Shown here: in pieces, positions 27,419 to 37,429 of the stretch
Layout of the letters: each line of letters starts with the position of its first letter
Position numbering within the stretch: position 1 is the stretch's first letter
Assembly: GCA_965223155.1 (NCBI GenBank)
Contig: CBDCVR010000013.1
Span: 288,001 to 352,000 of the forward strand
Direction: 5' to 3'
DNA length: 64,000 bases
From: Candidatus Multivoradales bacterium
Lineage (GTDB): Bacteria; Acidobacteriota; Thermoanaerobaculia; Multivoradales; JAHEKO01
Made by a program: the position numbers and the translations under genes
Notes under the pieces: generated by a model
Told to the model about the DNA's origin: nothing
The model's input: the letters and a program-made list of their open reading frames with translations, nothing else
Database searches by the model: none

Positions 27419-28795
27419 TTAGTTCAAATATCCGGACCAGGCCGGGGCCCAGTTGTTGCCCGTCCGGGTGAGTTGGCGGCGGCCGCCGCCGTCCAGATCC
27501 ATGGTGAAGATCTGGTACTCGCTGCCGGCCCGGCTCGACAGCAGGGCCGAGTACGCCAGCTTGCGGCCATCGGGAGAAAAGGTGGGGGACTCGTGACTGC
27601 CGGGAGCTCCTTCGGTCAGAAAGCGGGTTTCCAGCGTCACCAGGTCGGTGATGGCGATGTCGAACGAGTTGTCGGACCGCCGCGAAGAGTGGGCGATCTT
27701 GGTGCCGTCCGGGCTCCAGGAGGCGCCGTCGTTGTAGTTGCCCAGGAAGGAGACCCGCCTCAAGTCCGCGCCCTCGGCGCTCATGACGTAGATCTGGGGA
27801 CTGCCGGAGCGGCTGGAGGTGAACGCGATGTCCCGGCCGGTCGGACTCCACGACGGGTTGGTGTCGATCCCGCGTGAGTTGGTCAGCCGCCGGAGATCAC
27901 TGCCGTCCCGCTTGCAGGTGAAGATCTCGGTGTTGCCGCCGCCGATTGCGCGCGTGAACACCAGACGCCCGCCGTCCGGAGAGTAGGACGGCGAAGCGTT
28001 GAATCGGCCATCGGTCACCACCGGTCCCTTGCGGCCGGTGCGGAGCTCCACGACGTGGAGACCGGGGGTTCCGGTGAGATACGAGACGTAGGAGATGACG
28101 TCGCCCGCGGGGCTCCAGGCGGGCGACATCGACAGAGTGCGGTGGGCGGTGATCTGACGCTGGTTGTGGCCGTCGAAGTCCATGAGAAAGATCTCGCGCC
28201 CGCCCGCGTCGGCTCGATCGCTGTGGAAGGCGATGGCCGTGAGGCCGACGCCGCGCTTGCCGGTGAAGTAGAAAACGATCTCATCGGCGAAGGTATGGCC
28301 GATCCGGCGGGCCAGCTCGAAGCCGCCGCGATAGCGCTTGCCGAGCACCGCTTCGGCGCTCTCCAGGCCCCAGACGCGGCCTTCGAGGACGATGCGGCCC
28401 GGCTCTTCCAGGATCTCGCTCTCGAGCAACAACTCGTTGCCCAGCGATCGATACTGGCGGTAGTCGGAGAGGGGGTCGCCGCTCAGGTCGAGGACGGCGA
28501 GCTGCTCGGGGCCCTGAAGGATGAAGACCCCTGAGGTCTCGAGATCGGAGCGCAGGACGTCGAGCATCTCGGTCGCGGCCTCGCGCGCGGCGGGCGAGAG
28601 GGCGGAAAGGCCTTCCGGATCCGGAACCGCGAGCCGTAGCCGCCCGCGTGCGGTGCCGTCGATGACGACGGTGATGTCGTCTCCAGGCGGCAGCGGCTCT
28701 TGGGCTTGGAGGGTGACCAGGGCCGGCAGCGCCAGGAAGGCGCTGACGATGACGGCGGCGCCGAGAACGGTGCGCGCGCGTTGATTTCGGATCAT
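27419..28795 (-). CDS. tolB: TolB
   Basis: N-terminal domain plus PD40 repeats (PAWSP, PSYSPDG). Confidence 0.93.
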   Translation of the reverse strand: MIRNQRARTVLGAAVIVSAFLALPALVTLQAQEPLPPGDDITVVIDGTARGRLRLAVPDPEGLSALSPAAREAATEMLDVLRSDLETSGVFILQGPEQLAVLDLSGDPLSDYRQYRSLGNELLLESEILEEPGRIVLEGRVWGLESAEAVLGKRYRGGFELARRIGHTFADEIVFYFTGKRGVGLTAIAFHSDRADAGGREIFLMDFDGHNQRQITAHRTLSMSPAWSPAGDVISYVSYLTGTPGLHVVELRTGRKGPVVTDGRFNASPSYSPDGGRLVFTRAIGGGNTEIFTCKRDGSDLRRLTNSRGIDTNPSWSPTGRDIAFTSSRSGSPQIYVMSAEGADLRRVSFLGNYNDGASWSPDGTKIAHSSRRSDNSFDIAITDLVTLETRFLTEGAPGSHESPTFSPDGRKLAYSALLSSRAGSEYQIFTMDLDGGGRRQLTRTGNNWAPAWSGYLN

Positions 28796-28831
28796 GTGGG
28801 ACTTCCTCAGGCTGGTGAAAGGGACACGGGC

Positions 28832-29608
28832 TCAGCGGACGATGAGATTTACGCCCAAGGAGCTCTTCTCGTAGCTTTGGGGCAGCGGCGGCAGCGGCGA
28901 GGCAAGGCTCACCGCCCGGAACGCGGCCAGATCGAACGCCGCGTTGCCGGACTCGGAGACGATGTCGATGTCGATCAGCTCGCCGCTACGGGTCACCCGG
29001 AAGTGGATCATGCACTCGGTCCCGGGGCTGGCCGCGGGGCGCACCCAGCGGCTGCCGATGAGAGCGATCATCTGGTCGATGTAGTAGCCGTAGCGGAAGC
29101 TGGGATCGTCCAGGGTGGCTTCCGAACTTCCGAACGGAGAGGTTCCCAACGCGGTGCCGTCGAGTCCGCCGCGGCGCTGGGTGGGCGCGGACGGCCGGTC
29201 GTCCCTGGATGCGGTCGAGTCGGAGGATCTCGTAGTCCGCTCCGGGGCCGGATCGGACCGGCGCGTGGAGGGCTCCAGGGAGAGCGCCGGCTTGGGCTCG
29301 GGCTCGTCCGGAGTCTCGGTCTCGGCCACCGCGGGCTTCGGCTCCTCAGGCTTGGGGCGCTCGGGCGGTCGTTCGGTGGCCGGCGGCGCGGTCGGGCTGC
29401 CCAGGGCCTTGGCCGGGACGATCATCACCTTGGTGTACTGGATCGGCGGCTTGTTCTTGGCGGCCAGGGCGGGCGCCAGGGCGATGGCGCCGCCGAGGCC
29501 GACGTGGACGATCCCGGCCAGGATACCCGCGGTCATGCCGCGGCGGCGCTGGCTCTTGCGGCCGGCGGCGCTACGGCTTGCGAGGATCTCGTCGACCCGA
29601 TCGCGCAC
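28832..29608 (-). CDS. TolA/TonB-family protein
   Basis: TM anchor, Pro-rich linker, ESGNAAFDLAAFRAV...PLPPLP. Confidence 0.85.
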   Translation of the reverse strand: MRDRVDEILASRSAAGRKSQRRRGMTAGILAGIVHVGLGGAIALAPALAAKNKPPIQYTKVMIVPAKALGSPTAPPATERPPERPKPEEPKPAVAETETPDEPEPKPALSLEPSTRRSDPAPERTTRSSDSTASRDDRPSAPTQRRGGLDGTALGTSPFGSSEATLDDPSFRYGYYIDQMIALIGSRWVRPAASPGTECMIHFRVTRSGELIDIDIVSESGNAAFDLAAFRAVSLASPLPPLPQSYEKSSLGVNLIVR

Positions 29609-29610
29609 GG

Positions 29611-30030
29611 CTAGAGCCGATCCTCCGTGACCAGGCCCACTTGGGTAATCCCGCCTTCGTTCAGGACCGCCAGCACGTCCATGACGTTGCCGTAGGGCAG
29701 ATCCCGGTCGCCCTTCAGAAACACGCTCTCGCCGGCGCGTTGCTCGAGAATGGGCGTCAAGCGCTCGATCAGCTGGGTCGGATGAATGGGCTCGTCTTCG
29801 ACGAAAACGAGTCCCTCGCGGTTGACGGACAACACCAGCGGATCCTCCACGTTCATGGGCAGGATGTCGGCGTTGGCTTCGGGCAGATTCACTTCGATGC
29901 CTTGGTGCAACATCGGTGCCGCGATCATGAAGATGATGAGAAGCACCATCATGACGTCCACGAGAGGAGTGACGTTGATCTCCGCCAGCAACGGATCTTC
30001 GTCGCCGGCGGGCATGAGACTGAAAGCCAT
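29611..30030 (-). CDS. tolR: TolR/ExbD
   Basis: EINVTPLVDVMMVLLIIFM. Confidence 0.92.
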   Translation of the reverse strand: MAFSLMPAGDEDPLLAEINVTPLVDVMMVLLIIFMIAAPMLHQGIEVNLPEANADILPMNVEDPLVLSVNREGLVFVEDEPIHPTQLIERLTPILEQRAGESVFLKGDRDLPYGNVMDVLAVLNEGGITQVGLVTEDRL

Positions 30031-30056
30031 TGCGGAGCCTCGCTTTCCGGTCCGGG

Positions 30057-30854
30057 CTACGTGAAGTTGCGTTCGGCCAGATTGATGAATTCGAGCAGGA
30101 AGTCTTCCATCTCCACGCGCATCTGGCGGACGCGATTGGCGAAGTAGTTGAACCCGATCAACGCCGGGATCGCCGCGGCCAGTCCGGCCGCGGTGTTGAT
30201 CAAGGCCTCGGCGATGCCGGGTGCCACCGTCGCCAGGGAGGTCGAGCCGGTTACGCCGATGTCGCGGAAGGCGATCATGATGCCCCAGACCGTTCCGAAG
30301 AGGCCGATGAACGGGCTGGCCGCCGCCGTCGTGGCGAGGAAGCTCGTGCCGCGGCTGAGAACGGTCTGCTCGACCGAGATCGCCCGGCGCAGGCTGCGGC
30401 GGAGGCTTTCCAAGGAGCGAATCCGGTAGCCGCCCGAGGCGGCTCCCGCGGCGTCGGCTCCGGCTGCCTTGATCTGGCTGTCGAGCTCCGCGTAGCCCGC
30501 TTGAAAGAGACCGACGAGCGGAGAAGCGCTGAGCCGCGAGGCGGCGGAGTTGACCTCGCTGAAACGCTGGCTCGAGCGGAAGGCCTCCATGAACTCGGCG
30601 GTCTGGGCCGAGACCTTGCGAAACTGAGCCGCCTTGCCGAGCATGATCGCCCACGAGCCTATCGACATTCCCGCCAGGATCAGGAACACCAGCTTGGCGA
30701 TCGGCCCGGAGCTCCAGAAGAGCTCGAAAATCGAGGGCGCGCCGGCGTGGCCGGAGGCGCCGGCAGGGCCCGCCTGAGCCATCAAGGCAAGCTGGGCCGG
30801 CACCGCGAGTCGGGCCAGCGGAGGCAGGAAGAATGTGCTCTCGAACGCAACCAT
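30057..30854 (-). CDS. tolQ: TolQ/ExbB
   Basis: SPFIGLFGTVWGIM, VAPGIAEAL; start uncertain. Confidence 0.92.
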   Translation of the reverse strand: MVAFESTFFLPPLARLAVPAQLALMAQAGPAGASGHAGAPSIFELFWSSGPIAKLVFLILAGMSIGSWAIMLGKAAQFRKVSAQTAEFMEAFRSSQRFSEVNSAASRLSASPLVGLFQAGYAELDSQIKAAGADAAGAASGGYRIRSLESLRRSLRRAISVEQTVLSRGTSFLATTAAASPFIGLFGTVWGIMIAFRDIGVTGSTSLATVAPGIAEALINTAAGLAAAIPALIGFNYFANRVRQMRVEMEDFLLEFINLAERNFT

Positions 30855-31032
30855 CGCGGGCGCGCACAAGGTAGCACGCTCTCCGGGTTTCGTCCACGCG
30901 CGCACTGGCATTTCCGTTCTTGACCGGAACCCGGCGCCCTAATAGGGTCATGACTCCACGCGAGCCGCCGTCCGCCGTCCGGTTCCGGGCGCTCGGCGCG
31001 GCTCACCAAGGCAGAGAATCGAGAGGTTGACC

Positions 31033-31818
31033 ATGAAGATTGGTGTCTGCGTCAAGCAGGTTCCGGATACCGAGGCGAGGTTGCGCTTGCGCAAGGACGG
31101 TCTCGGCATCGACGAGGAAGACCTGCCATTTGTCGTCAACGAGAGCGACGAGTTCGCTCTGGAAGAAGCCCTCAAGATCGCCGAGGCGATGAACGGAGAA
31201 GTGATCGTGTTGAGCCTGGGTCCGGCGCGTGTGCGCGAGGCCCTGCGCAAATGCCTGGCGATGGGCGCGAGCCGCGCCGTGCATCTGGATGACGAGGCCT
31301 TTGCCGGCGGTGATGCCCTGGCCAACGGCCGGGCTTTGGCCGCCGCCATCCGGGCCGAGGCCTGCGATCTGGTGCTGACCGGCTCGCAGTCGGATGACGT
31401 CGGCTACGGCGCCACCGGTTCGGTCGTTGCCGCCGAGCTCGGTTGGGCCCATGCCTGGCTGGTGATGGGGGTCGAGATGGAGGAGGGCTCGGTCAAGGTC
31501 GTCCGCGAGATGGAGAGCGGCGTCAACGAGGTCGCTCGCCTGGCCCTGCCGGCGGTGATCGAAGTGCAGGCCGGTATCAACCACCCGCGTTACGCCTCGC
31601 TCAAGGGCATCATGCAAGCCAAGAAGAAGGAGATCGCGAGCCGCACGCCCGCCGATCTCGGACTGGAGCTCGATCGCGTGGGAGCCGCCGGCTCCCGGTT
31701 GGAGACGCTGGGGGTCTTCTTTCCGGAATCAGGGGAGGGTGCGGAGATTTTCGAGGGCGAGGCCGCGAGCTCGGTGGCGAGCCTGGTGGACCGGCTCCAG
31801 GAAGCGAGGGCACTGTAG
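31033..31818 (+). CDS. etfB: Electron transfer flavoprotein beta
   Basis: CVKQVPDT, PRYASLKGIMQAKKK. Confidence 0.95.
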   Translation: MKIGVCVKQVPDTEARLRLRKDGLGIDEEDLPFVVNESDEFALEEALKIAEAMNGEVIVLSLGPARVREALRKCLAMGASRAVHLDDEAFAGGDALANGRALAAAIRAEACDLVLTGSQSDDVGYGATGSVVAAELGWAHAWLVMGVEMEEGSVKVVREMESGVNEVARLALPAVIEVQAGINHPRYASLKGIMQAKKKEIASRTPADLGLELDRVGAAGSRLETLGVFFPESGEGAEIFEGEAASSVASLVDRLQEARAL

Positions 31819-32793
31819 ATGAGTGGCAAGATCTGGGTGGTCGTCCAGACCCGGGGCGACGACGTACATCCGATGGCTCTCGAAACTCTGGTCGCGGGCC
31901 AGAAGCTGGGGGCCGAGCTCGGACTCGAGGTCGAGGCCGTGGTGCCCGCTGGCGACGATGTCGCGGCGAATGCGCTCGCCGACTGGCAGCTTGCCGGCGT
32001 GCGCGGCCTGACCGGTGAAAGCCTCGCAGCCTACACGCCGGGTGGCTTCGTGGGCGCTCTCGCCGCCGCCGTGGCGGCGGAGACTCCGGCCTACCTCCTC
32101 TTCCCGCACACCTACCAGTCAGTTGATTTTGTGCCTCGCCTGGCGCAGGCGGTGGCCGGAGCGCTGGTGCCCGAAGCGATCGGTTTTCGGGTCGAAGATG
32201 GCGGCCCGGTCTTCCGGCGCCCGGTCTTCGGTGGCAAGCTCCAGGCCGACGTCCGGGCCACCGGCGCTCCCGTGCTGGTCACCGTGCAGTCCGGAGCGTT
32301 TTCGGTCAAGGAGAAGGCGGCCGGGGCGGCCGAGGTCTCGGCACTGGATTTCGCCGCCGCGGCGAAACCCGATCGCGAGATTCTGGGGGTCGAAGAAGTC
32401 GCCGGGGAACAGGTCGATCTGTCCGCGGCCGAGCGCGTGATCGCGGTCGGCCGGGGGATCGGCGGCGAGGACAAGATGGCGATCGTGGAAGAGCTGGCCG
32501 AAGTGCTGGGCGCCGAGATTGGCGCCTCGCGTCCGGTGATCGACAGTGGCTGGCTGCCACGGGACCGTCAGATCGGCTCGAGTGGGCAGACGGTGGCGCC
32601 GAAGCTCTACGTCGCGATCGGGATCTCGGGCGCGATCCAGCACCTGGTCGGCATGAAGGGCTCCCAGACGGTCGTCGCGATCAACAAGGACGCCAGCGCC
32701 CCGATTTTCAGCGTTGCCGACTACGGCATCGTGGGCGACTTGCACGAAGTGGTGCCGGTGCTCTCGAGCGCCATCCGCGAAGCCAAGGGCTAG
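31819..32793 (+). CDS. etfA: Electron transfer flavoprotein alpha
   Basis: [24 protein letters not shown]. Confidence 0.95.
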   Translation: MSGKIWVVVQTRGDDVHPMALETLVAGQKLGAELGLEVEAVVPAGDDVAANALADWQLAGVRGLTGESLAAYTPGGFVGALAAAVAAETPAYLLFPHTYQSVDFVPRLAQAVAGALVPEAIGFRVEDGGPVFRRPVFGGKLQADVRATGAPVLVTVQSGAFSVKEKAAGAAEVSALDFAAAAKPDREILGVEEVAGEQVDLSAAERVIAVGRGIGGEDKMAIVEELAEVLGAEIGASRPVIDSGWLPRDRQIGSSGQTVAPKLYVAIGISGAIQHLVGMKGSQTVVAINKDASAPIFSVADYGIVGDLHEVVPVLSSAIREAKG

Positions 32794-32907
32794 GGTCTGG
32801 CCACACAACCCCGTCTACACAGCCGGGTAGGCGCTGCCGGGCGGGATCGTCTCGACCGGCAGAATGCCCAGGGTGCGATGGGTGCGATGGGGGGTGCGGT
32901 GAGACGG

Positions 32908-33801
32908 TCAGGCCGGAGATTCGGTACCGGCGGCTCGCCGGCGCCGGATCTCGAACAGGGTCACGGCGGCGGCGACCGTGACATTCAAGGACTCGACCGG
33001 CGCGGCTAACGGGATCGAGACCGCGATGTCCGCCAGGGCGCGAGTGTCGCTCGAAAGGCCCTGTCCCTCGGCGCCGAGGAGAAGGAGCAACGGGCCCTCG
33101 AGAGGGGCTTGCCAAAGTGGCGTTCCGGCGTCGCCGGCAAGTGCTAGCAGCCTCGGCCTGGGCGATCCCGAAGCCTCGACCAAGGAGACTGCTTTCTCGA
33201 GTCCGGGAACAGGGAGCGCCGGGATACGGAGCAGGCTTCCCGCCGAGGCGCGAAGCGCGCGTGGGTGGTTGGGGTGGGCGCAACCCGGTCCGAGGAAGAG
33301 CTCGCGGCAGCCGGCAGCCTCGGCGGTGCGGGCGATGGCGCCGAGGTTGATCGGGTCCTGAATGCCATCGAGATAGAGGGAGATCAGTTGGGTATCTGAC
33401 TTCACGTCGGCAGGCCTCGCATCGGCGGGGCCCGAGGCGGTTCGCGCCGAAGCCCCGCCTCGAGGCAGCTCGGCGATCGCCACGATGCCGGTGGGATTCG
33501 TCGTTTGGGCAAGCTCGCGGAAGAGGCCGCGAGTGATGACCAGGACTTCGCGGTCGATCTGGAGCAGCAGCCGGCGCCCGGCCGCCGACTCCTGGAACTC
33601 GGCAGTGACCAGCACCTCCTCGAGCGGGATGTCCGCGGCCAGCGCCTCCTCGATCAGGTGGACGCCCTCCAGGAGGGCGATACGGTCGCGGCCAGCTTTA
33701 CTTCGCAGGAGCCGGCGAATAGCCTTGATGCGTCGGTTGTTCCGGCTAACGATCACGTCGATCTCGAGATCCAGGGCGCCCGGATGCCCGGCGCCGTTCA
33801 T
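32908..33801 (-). CDS. TrmH/SpoU-family RNA methyltransferase
   Basis: IQDPINLGAIARTA, GAEGQGL, ESLNV. Confidence 0.92.
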   Translation of the reverse strand: MNGAGHPGALDLEIDVIVSRNNRRIKAIRRLLRSKAGRDRIALLEGVHLIEEALAADIPLEEVLVTAEFQESAAGRRLLLQIDREVLVITRGLFRELAQTTNPTGIVAIAELPRGGASARTASGPADARPADVKSDTQLISLYLDGIQDPINLGAIARTAEAAGCRELFLGPGCAHPNHPRALRASAGSLLRIPALPVPGLEKAVSLVEASGSPRPRLLALAGDAGTPLWQAPLEGPLLLLLGAEGQGLSSDTRALADIAVSIPLAAPVESLNVTVAAAVTLFEIRRRRAAGTESPA

Positions 33802-33819
33802 CGTGTCCAGCCAAGACTA

Positions 33820-34494
33820 ATGCACCGTGCCGCTCCGGAAACCGCGAACGTCCCAGGTGCGCCGGGAGAGGTGGCGGTAGCGGTGGCGAGCGCATCATCG
33901 GCGGTACTCCTCGGCGTCCGGGACGGTTTCGCTCGCGCTCTTCGTGCCGCGTTCCACCGAGAGGTGGCGCTGGCCGTGGTGCCGCATCCGGAAGCCGATC
34001 CCTCGGTCGGTGACGCGGAAGCGAGCGCCGGCCTCGGGCTCCCGTTTTCGGACACCGAAACCCTGGTTCGCGCCCGCGGCGCGGCTCGATCTCTGGCGAG
34101 CCGGCTGGGGTCCGAGTACGGGTTTCATGTTGGTGTCGAGGGAGGCTTCCACACGCTCGAACTGGAAGGCAACCAAGGCGAGCGCGAGACGCACACGTTC
34201 ATCCATTGCTGGGCGGCGGTGTGCGGGTTCGGGATCGAGTCGGGCTCTGAGCGGCCGCTCATCGAAACCTACGGCTCCAGCGGCTCTGTGCAGATTCCCG
34301 AGCAGGCCGATAGCCCGGAAGCGGGCCGACTGGACAAGCTCCTGGCCGAGCCGGCCAAGCGCCGTCACGGCGGCATCTTGAGCGGCCTTACCCGGGGCGC
34401 CGAGACCCGCCGCACTGCGGTCAGCCAGGCGGTCTTGCACGCGCTCTCCACCCAGTTCTTTCGGCTCTTGGGAGGGCGTCTGGCGGAGCGCTGA
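33820..34494 (+). CDS. DUF84/YjjX-like protein, divergent
   Basis: PFSDTETLVRARGAA, VGVEGG, GILSGLTRGAETR resemble the inosine/xanthosine triphosphatase family. Confidence 0.6.
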   Translation: MHRAAPETANVPGAPGEVAVAVASASSAVLLGVRDGFARALRAAFHREVALAVVPHPEADPSVGDAEASAGLGLPFSDTETLVRARGAARSLASRLGSEYGFHVGVEGGFHTLELEGNQGERETHTFIHCWAAVCGFGIESGSERPLIETYGSSGSVQIPEQADSPEAGRLDKLLAEPAKRRHGGILSGLTRGAETRRTAVSQAVLHALSTQFFRLLGGRLAER

Positions 34495-34575
34495 CGTGCT
34501 AGGATCCGGCTTTCGCCCGGGTCCGGGCCGGGTGCCCTCCGGCCGCCCATCACAACCTCCAGCAGGAACCTCTCC

Positions 34576-35742
34576 ATGGCAAACGAACTTCGCTTGTTTT
34601 CGTCCGAATCCGTGACCGAAGGCCACCCCGACAAGGTGGCGGATCAGATCTCGGATGGCATTTTGGACGCCGCCCTCGAACTGGATCCCAAGAGCCGAGT
34701 CGCTTGCGAGACTCTGGTCTCGACCGGCTTGGTGCTCATGGCCGGTGAGATCACCACCGGCGGAATCATCGACTACGCGGGCATTGCCCGGAAGGTGGTC
34801 GAGGACATCGGCTACACGGATCCGACCTACGGATTCGATTTCGACAGCTGTTCCGTCTTGAGCTCGATTGATCCGCAGTCGGGCGACATCGCCATGGGTG
34901 TGGACACTGGCGGGGCTGGCGATCAGGGCCTGATGTTCGGCTACGCCTGCCGCGAGACGCCGCAGCTCATGCCCCTTCCGATCATGCTGGCTCATGCGTT
35001 GACCGAACGCCTGGCCGACGTGCGGCGCTCGGGCGAGGTGGCGCACCTGCGGCCCGACGGCAAGAGCCAGGTCACGGTCGCCTACGACGAAGCCGGAAAT
35101 CCGGTTCGTGTCCACACGGTCGTGATCTCGACCCAGCACGATCCCGAGGTCACCAACGAAGAGCTCCGGCGGAATCTCATCGAGCACGTTATCCGGCCCT
35201 CGATTCCCGCCGAGCTGCTGGATGACGACACCATCATCCACATCAATCCCACCGGCCGGTTCGTGACCGGTGGTCCCAAGGGCGATTGCGGCCTGACGGG
35301 GCGCAAGATCATCGTCGATACGTACGGCGGCGTCGGCAGCCACGGTGGCGGAGCGTTCTCCGGCAAGGACCCGACCAAGGTCGATCGGTCGGCATGCTAC
35401 ATGGCGCGCCACATCGCCAAGAACCTGGTTGCCGCCGGTCTGGCCGACCGGGTTTCGGTTCAGCTTGCCTACGCCATTGGCGTGGCCGATCCGGTGTCAG
35501 TGCTCGTCGACGGTTTCGGTACCGAGACCGTGCCCACCGCCCATCTGGAAGCCGCGGTGCGCGAGGTCTTCGAGCTGACCCCCGCGGGCATCATCGCTTC
35601 CCTGAATCTCCGGCGGCCGATCTACCGCAAGACCGCCGCCTACGGCCACTTCGGCCGAGAGCTGGACGAGTTCACCTGGGAAGGGACGGGCGCGGCCGAG
35701 AGCCTCAAGGAAGCCGCCGGAGCGGCGACCGTTACCGCCTAG
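34576..35742 (+). CDS. metK: S-adenosylmethionine synthetase
   Basis: [26 protein letters not shown]. Confidence 0.98.
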   Translation: MANELRLFSSESVTEGHPDKVADQISDGILDAALELDPKSRVACETLVSTGLVLMAGEITTGGIIDYAGIARKVVEDIGYTDPTYGFDFDSCSVLSSIDPQSGDIAMGVDTGGAGDQGLMFGYACRETPQLMPLPIMLAHALTERLADVRRSGEVAHLRPDGKSQVTVAYDEAGNPVRVHTVVISTQHDPEVTNEELRRNLIEHVIRPSIPAELLDDDTIIHINPTGRFVTGGPKGDCGLTGRKIIVDTYGGVGSHGGGAFSGKDPTKVDRSACYMARHIAKNLVAAGLADRVSVQLAYAIGVADPVSVLVDGFGTETVPTAHLEAAVREVFELTPAGIIASLNLRRPIYRKTAAYGHFGRELDEFTWEGTGAAESLKEAAGAATVTA

Positions 35743-35935
35743 GGCCGTTCCAGCGAGCGCACGTGTAGGCGCGGGGCGCTCCTCCGCCCGCTTGAGTTGC
35801 CATGGTTCCGCTGTAGCAGCAAGCCATGGGCGCGCGGCCGGTGCCTTGTCGGGTGAGGACTCGATGCGTGCCGGCGTTCGCGCTGGTGGTGGTTGGAGCC
35901 TGGCCGTGGCCGCCGCGGCGAGCCTCACCCGCCGG

Positions 35936-36397
35936 CTAGTGGTGATGCGGATTGTTGCCGTCGGCGTCCAGCTCCTGCCAGCTCTTGCCGTACTTCAGGA
36001 CGTCGTGCTTGAGGAGATCGAACTCGGCCTGGCGCTCGGTGGGCCGAGCGTCCCGGAACACCGTGTCGCACTTGTAGCAGACCACGGACATGGGCAGTCG
36101 GTAGTAGAGCCACAGATCGACCAGCCCGAGACTGATGAGAGACAAGCCGTAGGTCCAGGGCACGAAGGCCGCGCCCAAGGCCACTAGAGCGCAGCCGGCG
36201 CCGCGGTTGACGTCCCGCTGGCAGTAGAGGTGTTCCGAGCCGCAAAGCGTGCAGTTCTGGAGGCGCTCGCCGTCGGCCGGCTCGCCTTCGAGCGGGCGTT
36301 CAGCGGAGCAATTGGGACAGACCAGCGAGTCGGTCGACGCGGCCAGCTCGGTCTTGTACGGATACCCGCAGGGGCGGCACTGGGTCCGGATCCTCAT
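35936..36397 (-). CDS. Zn-ribbon membrane-anchored hypothetical protein
   Basis: Four CxxC pairs and two hydrophobic segments. Confidence 0.7.
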   Translation of the reverse strand: MRIRTQCRPCGYPYKTELAASTDSLVCPNCSAERPLEGEPADGERLQNCTLCGSEHLYCQRDVNRGAGCALVALGAAFVPWTYGLSLISLGLVDLWLYYRLPMSVVCYKCDTVFRDARPTERQAEFDLLKHDVLKYGKSWQELDADGNNPHHH

Positions 36398-36452
36398 CAG
36401 TTGCCGTCTCGTCCTCGCGCTTGGCTCGGGTAGCTCCGCTGGCTCAGATAGC

Positions 36453-37268
36453 TCAGATCGGAACGCCCACAGTCAGCGTGAGGTAGAGGGCGGTGATCTC
36501 GCCGATGAACGTGCCGACCACCAAGACATACAAGATGCCGGTGGCGGACTGGTTTGAGCGCTGGCGGGCGCAGTGGAGCGAAAGCACGGCCAGGACCACT
36601 GGGATCGCCAAGCCCCAGAAGAGCCGGAACCAGAAGAACATGCCCTGACCGGCGAATCCGGTCAACAGGCGCATGGGGTGGGGGTTCGTCATCGCCTCGA
36701 CGGTCGCCGCCGCGCCCAGGCTGGCTCCGACCGCGACCGTGCGCAGGGCAACGATCGCCAGCAGGATCCAGCAGAAGGTGACCAGGTAGCGAAATGTGAG
36801 CCTGGGCGCGATCAGGTACCAGTGGCCGAGGAGCATGGTGACGAGCGACCAGCCCAGGGTCAGGGCGCTCAGGGCCAGACCGATCGCCAGAAGCCAGGAG
36901 CGGCCGGGCAGCGGAGTCAGCGCGTGCAGCGATCCGTGCCCGGCGGCGAGCAGAGCGGCGGTGGAAGCGACCAGGGATACGAATGCGGCGACCCGCCCCG
37001 CTCCCCAGCGCTCGCGCCAGATGCAGGCGTAGTAGCCAAAAGCCGCGACCAGCGCCGCCACGAGGGCCGTGTGACCCAAGGTGCTCAGCTCTCCGAAGTA
37101 GGGGAGGGGCTTGGCAAAGACCACGGTCACGGCGAGGCCGAGGAGCCCCAGGACGACGAGCGCGTTCATCTGGAAGTAGCCGCGTCCCAGGTCGTCTTCT
37201 GGGATCCAGAAGAGGGTCGATAGGGAGCCCGCGGAAGTCGCCAGGAGGAAGAGGAGGAAGACCGCCAT
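36453..37268 (-). CDS. Conserved multi-pass membrane protein
   Basis: MLLGHWYL, QSATGILY; about 8 hydrophobic segments. Confidence 0.75.
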   Translation of the reverse strand: MAVFLLFLLATSAGSLSTLFWIPEDDLGRGYFQMNALVVLGLLGLAVTVVFAKPLPYFGELSTLGHTALVAALVAAFGYYACIWRERWGAGRVAAFVSLVASTAALLAAGHGSLHALTPLPGRSWLLAIGLALSALTLGWSLVTMLLGHWYLIAPRLTFRYLVTFCWILLAIVALRTVAVGASLGAAATVEAMTNPHPMRLLTGFAGQGMFFWFRLFWGLAIPVVLAVLSLHCARQRSNQSATGILYVLVVGTFIGEITALYLTLTVGVPI

Positions 37269-37429
37269 GAGCCGGTGGATCTTACCTCCATTTCCGGGGG
37301 GTAGAGCGCGGGGCGAAGTCTCCCGAGGAAACGGCCCAAAGGCCGATCCTGGGATTGATAGCATCCGGCGGCCCGGAGGGACCCAGCCGCTTGCGTTTCC
37401 GATCTTGCCGCCAGCTTCCAGTTGCCCCG

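Noticed and set aside
30031-30951. 446-aa extended TolR ORF
   Set aside because: The extension overlaps tolQ in another frame; the real start is 30030.
32871-32901. 10-bp tandem repeat GGGTGCGATG
   Set aside because: Only 2-3 units in a convergent intergenic gap; no supporting structure.
34495-34575. SAM riboswitch upstream of metK
   Set aside because: The gap is only 81 bp and GC-rich, with no recognisable SAM riboswitch consensus.
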